DNA from: Vicugna vicugna
Lineage: Eukaryota
Assembly (NCBI GenBank): GCA_013265495.1
Contig: MU058257.1
Span: 1,106,020-1,170,019 of the forward strand
Direction of reading: 5' to 3'
Length of the DNA: 64,000 nucleotides
In this document: in pieces, positions 52,296 through 64,000 of the stretch
Position numbering within the stretch: the first letter of the stretch is position 1
How the letters are laid out: every line of letters begins with the position of its first letter
Notes under the pieces: generated by a model
Told to the model about the DNA's origin: nothing
The model's input: the letters and a program-made list of their open reading frames with translations, nothing else
Database searches by the model: none
Translations under genes and position numbers: made by a program

Positions 52296-52357
52296 TCCTG
52301 AGTTCAATCCCCAGAACCTCCACTAAAAAAAATGAAAACAAACAAACAAACAAAAAC
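52296..52357 (+). mobile_element. 3' half of camelid-type SINE
   Basis: tcctgagttcaatccccagaacctcca plus A/(AAAC)n tail. Confidence 0.85.
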
Positions 52358-54529
52358 AGGATGTTGATAGGCAAAGGCTTGCTGGGAAGATTTTGTGAGT
52401 GTCTGTAAGCTTCTAGAACACTTCCCATGCACGCTTCCTCTTCCCTCCCCTCCGGTCGGGCACTTCTTAAAGCCTTTCTCAGTGTCTCCTCCTACCCTCC
52501 CTCCCCCCTTTCCTAGGTCTTTCCTATTCTTCTGCCTCATTGATATCAAAACTCAACATTTTGGACTGAGATGGATGAAGAGAAAGTGCCTTTCTGTGGT
52601 TGAAGCTGTCAGGACCAGGCTGAAAAGACTAGGAGGAGGTTGGGAGGGAGAGAATCTTTGTTATGGTGGAAACCACACAGAGTAAGTTTCCGCGTGCAGA
52701 CGAGGCTTGACCGAGGGTGCTTTCCCCTCCTCACTGGGTTGGGCTGCATCTGGTGGCGCGCCAAGTTTCCGATGTCCGGCTTGAGTCCAGCTGTGGCCTT
52801 GCTGCTGCCAACAGCCCTGACTTGACCAGGAGGAGGAACGAGGCACGTGCTCTAACTGCATCACCTTTTAGTTACACATCGAGTGTAAGAAGTACATTTC
52901 GATCAGTAGCCAGTCGGTTCAAAAAGTGTTAGTCACACACAGTGCCTTCTGCAAACAAAATGTAATGCTTGCTTGGCAGTATTGTCTGTAATATTTCAGT
53001 AAGTGTGTTTGGGCAGATGGTGGGTGAGGGGGGAGTTTTGCCCCCACAGTGTTGAAATTTGGTTCTCGGGGGCAGAAGAATCTCAGCCATTACAATGGTT
53101 TATGGCCATAGGGAGGCCACAGTACGTAAACAGACACACAGTATATTTGATGTATTAAAATTTCATGGGGAAAGGGAGCAATTAGGAAAAAAAGTCTCAA
53201 AAACCTTGGCAAGGTGGTGCAGGAGGATGTTAATGAAAAAAAGGTTGAGACATACTGTTTCAGTGGACGAGGCTGATGCGAAGTTGTTGTCAGAAAAACT
53301 CAGGCTGCTCAGATGAAAGAGATTTTAAGGCCGAACCATTAAAACAATCCCAATCCCTGATGCCGACTCGGAGGGGGCCTCGGCACGTCTGGAAGGCATT
53401 GTAATTGGCAGAAGTTTTAAGGCGACCTGTAGGATGGGGTTAAATTAAGCCAGGACTTAGTGAAGTGCCTCCACTGGGCTGTCAGATCATGGCCTGATTC
53501 TAAACAGCCTTATCACTGGAAAGGGAGAAATCATTTTTTCAAAGAGAAAAATCTGCTCTGTATTCTTGAATTAAAACTTAAGCCCCATGAATTCTGAATG
53601 ATTACAAAAGCTACAATATCATGATTGAGATGCCCTAATTCCTCTCATCACACATTCTGTCTGGCCTGTTCAGGCACAGCGTCCCCGCCTTTCTCCTCGC
53701 CTCTATCTGTAAATAGGAAAGAATGGATGAGAGATTGTGATCAACTTCTGTTGCAAACGCTCATATTTTCACAAAATGTAGATGGCATTCCGAGAGAAGA
53801 GATCGGTGGAAATTTAGTTTATTAAGCCAGGGGACAAAAACAGATGTTGGAAAGAGATTAATATTCTGTTCAAATCACCCCTTGATTTTCTATTTTGAAG
53901 GGCACCATCCGATAGCTTGATTTTTATTACAGCGAAGAAAAATAAAACGGCTCCTTTCCATTAATCAAAAGGAACCGTAAAAATGGGTTTCACTAAAAGC
54001 TGACTCTGACAAGTCTAAATGGAAAGTTTGATTTTGTGAAGAGATAAAGAATCTCTTTAGAAATATTGCAATCAATTCTGAAAAACTGATTTTTTTTCCT
54101 TCCATAGCTTTTCAGCTCCTTGATCGCCCATCCCGTGGCTTCTTTGAGTGATGTCCTTCTGTCCCGCAGTAGAAGATGGACTGTTCAGCTCCACACACAA
54201 CGGCAGACTCCACTTCCACATACGCCTGAGGCCCAGACTCCAGCAGGCCCCGCTCCACACATCTGGTTATGAGCCAGAGGCCCTGCCCGCGCCCAAGCTC
54301 CCCACTGCAGAGGAGGGATGGAGAGCTGCCCTGAATGACACCCCGCCCCAAGCAGCTCTCTGACAGGCCCGGCCCCGAGAAGCAGTGTGGAAAGCCAGAT
54401 GACAACAACCAAAGGGTCCTGGGGAAATGCTGACCAGCCCAGACCCAGGATCACACCCAAAGCCAACAGAGCGCAGCCGTGGTGCCACCCGTGCTTCGTG
54501 GGAACCCTGGACTCCGCACGTGGTCACAG

Positions 54530-55336
54530 TGCTAGCCACCCTGTCCTTGGACTCTTTAGTCAGGAGAAATAGACAAAAGGGCAGACTTTACTGGGACTCA
54601 CGCTCCAGCAGGAGGAAGTGAGAACAAGGAACAGGTGTACTTGTGAAGGGGCAAAAGCCACAAAGGGACCAGCAACACCTCCCGGTCAGGGCCATTGCCT
54701 TCCCGCTTTTGCACTTCTGAAAAATGGCTTGCTTCTAGGAAAACGAAACTTACCCCTAAAATTCCATTGGTTCCCAAAAGCTCACTCCTGACTGGTCCAT
54801 TTCTAACACCTCATTTGCATACGGTGCAAACTTAATAGAAACCTAAAGCCCTATAAAAACCTGTGTAAACATACAGGCAGGTTCCAGAGCTTGAAGTGTT
54901 AACTCCTCTGTGCCCGCCGGTGCAATAAACCTGCGTTCCCCAACCCTCCGAGTGTCGAGTGTCGCCTGGCCTCTCAGTTTCTGCAGCGCTTGCTCGCTTC
55001 CCAGGTGTGCTGCTCCCTGAACCAAGAAAGTGGCGGCGGGGGCGGGGGGGCTGGGTCTGTGCGTGTGTGGCTTAGGTGGTGCGCCCACCCCCTTGGCTGC
55101 GCTGTGTGCCGGGACCACGTGCAGGATCTTGCTTTTGCCCCTGCCCCACCCCACCCCCACACTGAAGTGGCAGTTGGTTTGTGACTTTTTCTATCTTCTT
55201 GTTCCTAATTGCTCCAACTGCTCATGCAAGCAGTTATCTTCAGTCCCTTAGAGTTTCTTTGTATTTTGTTGCTGGAGGAGCCATTTGTCCAGGTGCGAGC
55301 CCTACAGCCCAGGGTCCCAGGTCCCAGCCTGCCTCA
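54530..55336 (-). mobile_element. ERV1-type solo LTR (cetartiodactyl family), split by a second LTR
   Basis: Minus strand begins TGAGGCAGGCTGGGACCTGGGACCC...CAACAAAATACAAAGAAAC, breaks at 54986, resumes at 54641 and ends GTGGCTAGCA; 4-bp TSD acag/aaag. Confidence 0.8.
54642..54985 (+). mobile_element. Solo LTR nested in opposite orientation
   Basis: TG...CA ends, TATA ctataaaaa ~54851, AATAAA ~54924; homologous to 24605-25128; flanks gtact/gcgct are a possible decayed TSD. Confidence 0.8.
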
Positions 55337-56262
55337 AAAGCAGGTTTGCAACCGCAGGGCACTCTTTGGCTCAGCCCGGGGAGCCCGCCCCTGAGGTGGG
55401 GTCCTGGGCACTAACCACATGCACTGCTGCCCTTGCTCCTATGTGCTCGCTCCCTCCAGCTTGCTTGGACTGGCAGCTGGGAGGGAAACATCACTGCAGT
55501 TACAGCGTCCCAAGTATCGGGGCACAAAGTAAGCCCCCTGCAGATCAAACACCTCGTGGGACGCGTGGCAACAGAAAATTACGGATGGCAGAGTCCGTAT
55601 CACAAACAGCTTTCCAAGGTGACAGTTCCGCCGGTTCAGACGCAGCTTGATTTCGATGGGCAGGTATGTAAAAGTGCAGAAATGGTTCTTTCTCCTGAAT
55701 GGGAAAGAAAGCAGGCTTTACAAATATTGTGTAGCTTTGCTAGAGCACTTTCAGAGTCATTAAAAGTTTTGAGAGTAGCAGTATCAGAGCAACCAGGCCT
55801 GCAGCAACCACAGCAATGATGAAAGAGTAAGAGACACGTAGCCATCAGTAGTAACAGCCCGGCATCTAGTCGGGGCTGACCTGCGCAGACCGCGGGGGAA
55901 GGAGTCTTTCTGGGTTTATGTTTTTATATCTTCTAAACAGAAACCACAGATAGTTTTTTTTAAATATCTGCATGTATGTGCAATACTTCATAGGGATGTT
56001 TGGATCAGAAAAGTCAAACATCCTAAACCTTTAAATGAAGGCTTGGCTGTTAAACAGAAAGAAAATAATTAAAGGGAAAAACAGGTTTCCAGAAAAAAGC
56101 TAACATCAAAAGCTGACATTTGAGTTCAAAAGGATCCTTTTGGACAAACTCACACACCAAGCCAGGAGGTGAGGTGATTACTCACGACCACGAATGCACC
56201 TGGCCGACAGTTGCTAGTGTGAGCACGGAGAATCTGTGTTTTCTGTCAGCAACTTCATACAG

Positions 56263-56783
56263 TATCAGGGCTCAGAGGGGTCCCCAGTCCAAACTCGTTC
56301 TGCTTGCCACACGACAGGCCAGTAAGCCGGGAGATGAGGTGTTGGGGCAAGGACTTTATTTGGAAAGCCAACAGACCAAGAAGAAGGCAGACTAATGTCC
56401 CGGAGAACCATCTTCCCCAAGTTAAAATTCAGGCTCCTTTTATACTAAAAGGGGAGACGGTGTGGTGGTTGCTGCAAACTTCCTGTTGTCAGGATGCTTT
56501 GTTCTTGCAGCCATCCATGTGGGGTAGGTCATGATGTCCCTGTAAACCTCCAACAAGACAAATGCTATTTTCAATTCTGCAACTTTTATCTCCAAATGAA
56601 TGGATGTTACCCCCTTAAAGGTCAGAGCCTGGAGAATGGGCTCCCCTGTCTATTTCAGGCTCTAGGCGACATTCTTTTAAAAAAGGTACAGAACCAGCAT
56701 GACTGAGGCCAGGAAACAGGGCACAGGACCAGAGCCAAAGGCACAGGTCTACTGTGGAGGTAGGTGTGTTCTCCTCTAGTACA
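56263..56783 (-). mobile_element. ERV1-type solo LTR
   Basis: Minus strand starts TGTACTAGAGGAGAAC..., TATAAA (tttata ~56439) precedes AATAAA (tttatt ~56355) in the right order and spacing; resembles cetartiodactyl LTRs. Confidence 0.75.
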
Positions 56784-58416
56784 AGAAGGAAACTATTGTG
56801 TAAATCAGATGACCTGTATGAGAGTGTCCTGCACACAGTAGGCAATTGATCTTCCTATTTGTTAATAATGTCTTGTTCTTATTTTCTGACAGGTCAACTT
56901 GCTTTTTTTAGAGAATGCCCCTCTACACAGACACAGGCCGTGTTCTGTAGGAAAAAGACCAGTAAACTCTCCTCTAGCTCTTCCAGAAGACCTGTATTTA
57001 TTCCAACACAGTGGCCCCAAAGTCCCCAGTCCGGGTTTGGAGTGAATTCTGATGAGAGACACCAGCACGTGTTGCTGTTCCAGGTAACCCGTTGGAGATG
57101 ATATTTTGCAGAGTCTCCCTTTTCCTTTTCTTGTTTGGTTTTAATAACAACAGCTGGGCTCTGAATCAGCTCCTTTCGCTCCTTCTAAAGTGGCTGGAAT
57201 CTGGGGGGCGGGCGGGGTGAAAGATGCTTCTCCATCCCATTGATCAAAGATTCTTTTCCCTGAGAACTGGTTCACTCCCTATCTGGGCATTAATCAAATC
57301 CTCCCCTTTGCCTCAAGCACCAGAAGTGTTTTCCTTTCCTCCCTCAAGCTCTAAGTCCGATTCCATATTAGGAAAGTTGATGGAGTGGCTCTGTTGTGAG
57401 GGAGACCCCGAGGGGCTTTCATCTCCAAGACCACAAATTCCATCTCTCGTTTATCTGGCCCCTTGAAGCCCCTGCGCTGTGGGGTCAGAGTCAACACCTG
57501 AGAACTGGCAGCAACCAGTCTTGCGTGTTTGTGAAGTGATGACCTACCAGGGACAGCCCCCTGTGGGACCTGACCCCTGAACACACATCCGGGATCCTTT
57601 TCCAAAGGACAACTCTTCACTTTCTTCGCTGTCCGCCACTCAGGCAGTTGTCTTCCGTGAATCATTTCGTCTTTTGCAATAAATTTTTTTGGTCATCTAT
57701 AATTCTTCTCGACTTGAAGCTCTAATTAGGAATCACTTCAGTCATATAAAATTTGTGTTTCATCAGAGTAGCATTAGGTAGCCAGCCCTGCACCCTGCGT
57801 AGCAAATGCCTTGTTCCCTGCCTGATGCTGGCTTCCTAATCATATTCTAATCGCCTGCATTTGGGCTCTTTCTGGCTTTGCCAGTCTTGTTCTGAGATTA
57901 GTCCTTCTAATGCACAGTGAATAAGTAAATAAATAGCTGGCATTTGCAAAACCAAAACACTGCACCGGCCCTTTAAGAAATGAAGAGAACTCAGCTTGGG
58001 AACCTGTTGCCTAGCAACGCAGTACTCACTTTCCCTCCATTTTCCAGACCCATCCCTAGCCTCCTGTCGGTTTGTCCACATTCCAATGCAAAACTTTCCC
58101 CTCCTTTTTAAAATTAGGAATGAATGTTTCAGAGAATTGACTTTAACCATACCACTTTTTTTCTGCATTTCCCAAGAATCCTCGTTCCCTTGTTCTCAGC
58201 AGGGCCCAGTTTGTTTTCCTCCCCTGATAAAAACTGTTCTTATCCTCAGATTAAGTACTGTGTCTAACAACAATCTGCCTATTTCTCATGAAAGGATACA
58301 GACTCAAATAAAAGTTTAACTGATTTTAATTCATAATCAAAACACCAGGCAATGAAAAGGCACTTTATACTTTGCAAAGTCCTTTTATGTCCACTAATCC
58401 ATTTAATTCAAGTTTC

Positions 58417-59337
58417 TTTTTTTCCCATTTTATTGAAGTATAGTCGGTTTACAATGTTGTGTTAATTTCTGGTGTACAACACAGTGATTCAGTTTTTTAT
58501 ATACATATAAAATATAAATATATTTCTTTTCATAGTCTTTTGTGTTACAGGCCATTACAAGGTATTGAATATAGTTCCCTGTGCTGTACAGTAGGACCTT
58601 GTTCTTTATCTGTTTTATACATAGTTTATATCTGCAAATCCCAAACTCCCAATTTATCCCTTCCCACCCCCTTTTCCCACGATAACCATTAGTTTGTCTT
58701 TGATGTCTGTGAGTCTGTTTCTGTTTTCTAAGTAAGTTCATTTGTATCATTTTTTTTAGATTCCACATGTAAATGATATCATATAGTATTTTTCTTTCTC
58801 TTTCTAGCTTACTTCACTTAGTATGACAATCTCCAGGTCCATCCATACTGCTGCAAATAGCATTATTTTATTCTTTTTTATGGCTAAGTAGTATTCCATT
58901 GTATAAATATACCACAACTTCTTTATCCAGTCATCTGTTGATGGACATTTAGGTTGTTTCCATGTCTTTGCTATTGTAAATAGTGCTGCTGTGAACATTG
59001 GGGTGAATTGTCTTTTGAGTTAGAGTTCCCTCCAGATATATGCCCAGGCATGGGATTGCTGGATCATATGGTAAGTCTATTTTTAGTTTTTTGAGGAACC
59101 TTTATACTGTTTTCCATAATAGCTGCACCAAACTACATTCCCACCAGCAGTGTAGGAGGGCTCCCTTTTCTCCACACCCTCTCCAGCATTTATTGTTTGT
59201 GGACTTTTGAATGATGGCCATTCTGACTGCTGTGAGGTGATATTTCACTGTCGTTTTGATTTGCATTTCTCTGATAATTCACGACATTGAGCCTTTTTTC
59301 CTGTGCCTGGTGGCCATTTGTATGTCTTCACTGGAGA
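58417..59337 (-). mobile_element. 5'-truncated L1 (ORF2 C-terminus and 3' UTR)
   Basis: MFTAALFTIAKTWKQPKCPSTDDWIKKLWYIYTMEYY peptide; 13-bp TSD taattcaagtttc (58404-58416) / taattcaactttc (59338-59350). Confidence 0.97.
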
Positions 59338-60852
59338 TAATTCAACTTTCAGATGCTTACTGAACTTCTCTGGCTTATGACGCCATGCTCAGAAGATTTC
59401 TGAACTATGGTCAAGAGGTCCGGGGTGCTTCTGCCACCTGGCCTTCAGTTAGGAGGCAGGATTCGGTGACTGGGCTTTCATATGGTAATCCTGGCATTTC
59501 AGTCCTCAGTCTGGTCAGAAACCTAGAGGAAAATCAAAATAAAATCTTTCATCGGCTCCTTTTTCTCTCCCTCCCACACTGAGCTCCATTTGAGAGGGGA
59601 CAAGCCGTGGTCCTGGATGACGGACTAGGGAGGAGCCCCGCTCCCCTCCCCACCCCAGCTCCTGGCCCTCTGGGTCTTCGACTGAAGCCACGTACGTCTC
59701 AGAGCCACGGGCACAGCAGCCAGGCTGACGAGTCACCTGTGCACACACTTATGTTGATGCCTTTTTCTGGCTATTTAGGGCCTTTGAATTTTTCTCCAGA
59801 CAGACAGTAGAGAGGCTCTGACAAAGAATCTCCTTATATTTCAGGGTTGGATCGCTGTCAGCGCCGCGATGCACCTCGTCAGCTGGGTTTAGTGGTTCAT
59901 GAGCCTTCATTTCCACACTGCTGCTTCTTTGCATCTCACTTCACACCAGCTCCTATTTGACTCCCAAATCGTGGGCTAGTGTTCAGGGTCGCCAGCTGCC
60001 AAGGGAGGGTGATTTCTAGTCTTTGTTAATTCAGTCAAGGGGGTAGTTTCCTGGGAGGTCAGCAAAATAAGCAGGCAAGTTTATTAAAACCACCCATGTC
60101 TCATCTCTTCAGTAAAAATACTCTAAAGGGCTTTGGTCTGTGCTTTCAGAGGTTGGAAACAGAGCTTCAGCACAACACTGTCTCAAAGCCGCCCGGAGAG
60201 TCAATGTAAAGATGTGAATAAATTAGATGAGGGAATTTTTCACTTCGGAGGGCTGTGTTTAGACATCAACACAATGTAAGAGAAACAAATGTGTCCTAAA
60301 ATATCTAAATCCTTTGGCAGCTGTATTATTTGGTTATATGTTTTAGGATATGTGACTATGTATATTTTAAAGCTCTGAATATGTAATGTGTAAAAAAAAA
60401 AGAGAGAGAGAGAGAGAAGAAATATACTTAAATATTCATCCTGACATCCCACAATGCTTTCACTGACCAAGTTAACCTTAGCAGAAGTTATGCTTCCCTC
60501 GTTCTTTTTTTTTTTTCTTCATTCCTTCGCATCAGAAAAAGGACTTCACGAGAGCCCTTCTCATCCTCAGCCCGCACTTCCCCGCAGCAGGAGGCTGGCC
60601 TAGTCATCACCTCGGACTGGTCCAGGCAGCGGAGGGAAAGTGTGTGTGCGTCCACAGGGGACCCGCCCACACTCCGAGGGCACAGCATCCGCCAGGCTGT
60701 AGCTGGCGGGGTTCCAGCCCAAATGGAATACCACCCCCTATTTCAAAGCAGATTGGGAATTTCCAGGTGGCACCAGTGGAGCATTAACCAAGCCCAGGGC
60801 CTCCCTCAGCTCCAGCCCCACACACCTGACGCCCACCTCGCTCCCGGCAAAG

Positions 60853-60873
60853 GTACACACGCACGCGCGCGCA

Positions 60874-60913
<40 letters not shown>
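60853..60913. repeat. Alternating purine-pyrimidine (CG)n/(CA)n microsatellite
   Basis: gtacacacgcacgcgcgcgcacgcgcac(ac)n seen directly. Confidence 0.95.
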
Positions 60914-60914
<1 letters not shown>

Positions 60915-61231
60915 GCTGGAACACGCAGCCCAGGAGAGGGTCTCAGCGGGAACAGGCGAGAGAATTGCGGGGCTGCTGCCCTCCCTCCGTCTCACGTCCT
61001 GCTCTGTTAGTAGGAAAGGCAGTCTGGGTGTAGAGGGAGAGAAAGAACCGGACAAGAGCACCAGCCAGCGTCACACGTGTCGCGGGAAGGTCGTGCTGAA
61101 CGCCTGCCATTGTATTCAGCTCCTGAAATGACGTTCTGAGGAAGGGGCAGCAACTTAACAGACGACAGAAGCTCAAAGAACTGAGCACCGTTTCCAACTT
61201 TTACAACTTACACGTGATGGAGGTTGAATTT

Positions 61232-61913
61232 ACTCCATAGGTGAAAACAGATTTACCCTATGATCCAGCAGTCCCACTCCTGGGTATACATCTGGAAGAG
61301 ACTCTAATTTGAAAAGATACATGCACCCCAATGTTCATAGCAGCACTATTTACAACAGCCAAGACATGGAGACAACCTAAATGTCCATCGACAGATGATT
61401 GGACAAAAGTTGGGATATGCATATATTCCATTGTGTGTGTGTGTCTGTGTATATACATAACTCAGCCATAAAAAGGAATGAAATAATGCCATTTGCAGCA
61501 ACATGGATGGACCTGGAAGTTGTCACTCTAAGTGAAGTAAGCCGGAAAGAGAAAGAAAAATACCATATGGTATCTCTTATATATGAAATCTAAAAAAAAA
61601 AAGGACACAAATAAACACATATACAAAATGGAGACAGACATAGAAAAAAATTTATGTGGTTATGTGGGGGTAGGAGGTGGGAAGGGAAACATTGGAAGTT
61701 CAAGATTTGCAGATACTAACTACTATATGTAAAATAGATGAACAACAAGGTCCTATGTGAAGCTCAGGGAACTGTATTCAATACCTTGTAATAACCTATA
61801 CTGAAAATAATGTGAAAGCAAATATATATACACACGCATACAACTGAACCACTATGCTGCACACCCGAAATTAACACAACACAGTAAATCGACAATACTT
61901 TAATTTAAGAAAA
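61232..61913 (+). mobile_element. 5'-truncated L1
   Basis: ttaccctatgatccagcagtcccactcc... to 3' end; 18-bp TSD gtgatggaggttgaattt (61214-61231) / gtgatggagattggattt (61914-61931). Confidence 0.95.
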
Positions 61914-63234
61914 GTGATGGAGATTGGATTTGAATCCCAACCTGGCTTCCCCCAGAGCCTGTCCCCACTGTTGTCTTCTGTAGGTGTGGAAAAATCTCTT
62001 CTTAGCGTCCGTTCTGAGCACTAGAGACAAACCCACGCAGCTGAGTGAGAGAGGAGGACTGGCGAGTGGTTAAGTGCGTGGACTGAACCAGCGCACCGCA
62101 GGCTCCCCTCAGGTCTGGGGGCTCACTTTGCTCCAGGGGCCCTGTGTCCTTGCTGCCTTCTAGTCCTCATCGCTTCACCCCAGTGCTCCCCGCGCACCTT
62201 CCTCACAACACCCCATATCGTAGCTCTTTCCCAAACTTTCTTTCCATCAAAATGTCCCCATCCTTCACCCACCCCTGGTGGGGAGTGTTGCCTGCCAGGA
62301 TAACTAATCAGGTCAACACACTCATGAGCCGGGACCTTAACTCGACCTCCCTAAAATGTAAATAACGTGTGAATGTCAAAGCTTTTTTATAGCAAGGTCA
62401 TTTTGGTGAACTTTTTTCCTGAGGGATGCTTTTCTGAACCCCACAAATTATTCCTCCTCGTCAGATTAGGCCTCTGGTTCAACAGTGTCTTTATCCATAA
62501 AAAACAAAATAAATGATTTAGTTGCGATTATCGGGCTTATAGGCTAGGTTACAGGTTGTGGAAACCAGCCTTAGGTACCAGAGGACTCTCCTGGGGAAGA
62601 GCAATAAAACACTTCACGTCTGATCTGTAATATCCCGTGTTCCTGCTAGTCCTGCGGTGAACAAAACTGCCACTTCTGCCAAGTTTCATGGTCAGTGATT
62701 CTATGATATGGAAAAAAGGTCCAGTATGGATTAAAATGAAATCCTCACAGGCCCCACACTGACAACCTAGGACAGACTTGAACCATCTCTCCTAAAAGTA
62801 CATTCATTACTCAAACCACTTCACCATGGAGTCCACAATGTAAAGCAGTATAAAAGAATCTGGGGGTGCATTTATATAAAGACGTGCACAGGATATGCAA
62901 ATCCTCAGTATTGTTCTTCCTGGATACCATGTACTATCTCAGGGTTCCCTGATTTCAATATTCAAGTGTTCGTTGTTGACAAGATAGAATTTACGCTGTT
63001 GGTTCCACTACAAGACACTATTACTGTATGAGACACTGTTGGACCTGCTCGATGCACACATTTCAATTTGAAAGGAAAAAAAAGTTTATATTTGGATTTG
63101 GAATATGATGTTACCCTGGAATTTAAACTTCATTGTGTCTTATATTCTAGGAAATGACTTCTAACAAAATAACCAAATCACACCTCATGAGGATCTGCTC
63201 CAAAACAATCGAGGAGTGTTTCCTGGTCTTGTTC

Positions 63235-64000
63235 TTTTTTTTTTTTTTTTTAATGTATTTTTACTGAAGTATAGTCAGTTTACAATGTTGTGTCAACTTC
63301 TGTTGTACAGCATAATTCTTCAGTCATACGTGAACATACATATATTCTTTTTCATATTCTTTTTCACCATAAATTACTATAAGATATTGAATATAGTTCC
63401 CTGTGCTATACAGCATGAACTTGTTATTTATCTGTTTTTTATATAGTAGTTAGTATCTGCAAATCTTGAACTCCCAATTTATCCCTTCCCACCCAATTCC
63501 CCCTCTGGTAACCATAAATTTGTTTTCTGTCTGTGAATCTGTTTCTGTTTTCTAAATAAGTTCATTTGTCTTTTTTTTTTTAGATTCCACATATAAGTGA
63601 TATCATATGGCATTTTTCATTCTCTTTGTAGCTTACTTCACTTAGAATGACATTCTCCAGGTCTATCCATGTCGCTGCAAAAGACATTATTTTATTCTTT
63701 TTATGGCTGAGTAGTATTCCATTGTATAAATATACTACAACTTTTTTACCCAGTCAACTGTCAGTGGACATTTAGGTTGCTTCCATGTCCATGTAAATAG
63801 TGCTGCTGTGAACATTGGAGTGCATGTATCTTTTTGAATTAAGGTTCCCTCTGGATATATGCCCAGGGATGGGATTGCTGGATCATATGGTAAGCCTATT
63901 TTTAGTTTTTTGGGGAATATCCATACTGGTTTCCATAATGTCTGCACCAAACTATAATCCCACCAGCAGTGTAGGAGGGTTCCCTTTCCTCCACACCCTC
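63235..64000 (-). mobile_element. L1 3' end, continuing beyond the window
   Basis: Poly-T, reverse 3' UTR, and ORF2 peptide [32 protein letters not shown]. Confidence 0.97.

Noticed and set aside
8836..64000. Strand bias of young L1s (9 plus, 3 minus) as evidence for a minus-strand host gene
   Set aside because: Two-sided binomial p is about 0.15, and LTR orientations are mixed
1..64000. CRISPR array, operon or other prokaryotic-type system
   Set aside because: Sequence is mammalian; no regularly spaced repeat-spacer array or gene-dense coding structure

Overview
Mammalian non-coding genomic DNA, probably intergenic or deep intronic. The tRNA-derived SINEs (head of the GGGGAGGGTATAGCTCAGTGGTAGAG type) and the style of the L1 3' UTRs point to a cetartiodactyl, most likely a camelid; this is recognition from memory, not a database search. 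I found no supportable protein-coding exon, RNA gene or CRISPR-like array. The only recognisable ORFs are decayed L1 ORF2 C-terminal remnants. The window holds about 12 lineage-specific 5'-truncated L1s (several with visible target-site duplications, TSDs), SINEs, several solo LTRs, ancient L1M/L2/MIR/hAT fossils and microsatellites, separated by repeat-poor, motif-rich stretches that may be enhancers. The most notable structures are: a near-perfect ~635-bp tandem duplication with a templated junction (39824-41094); two LTR-inside-LTR nests (22750-23399 and 54530-55336), one carrying a CpG-rich NRF1/E-box cassette; two related LTRs with an octamer motif and variable U3 repeat number; an internally collapsed SINE; and an L1-SINE fusion. 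The sequence does not support a novel biological system. All repeat family names are from memory of consensus sequences and need confirming with RepeatMasker/Dfam.
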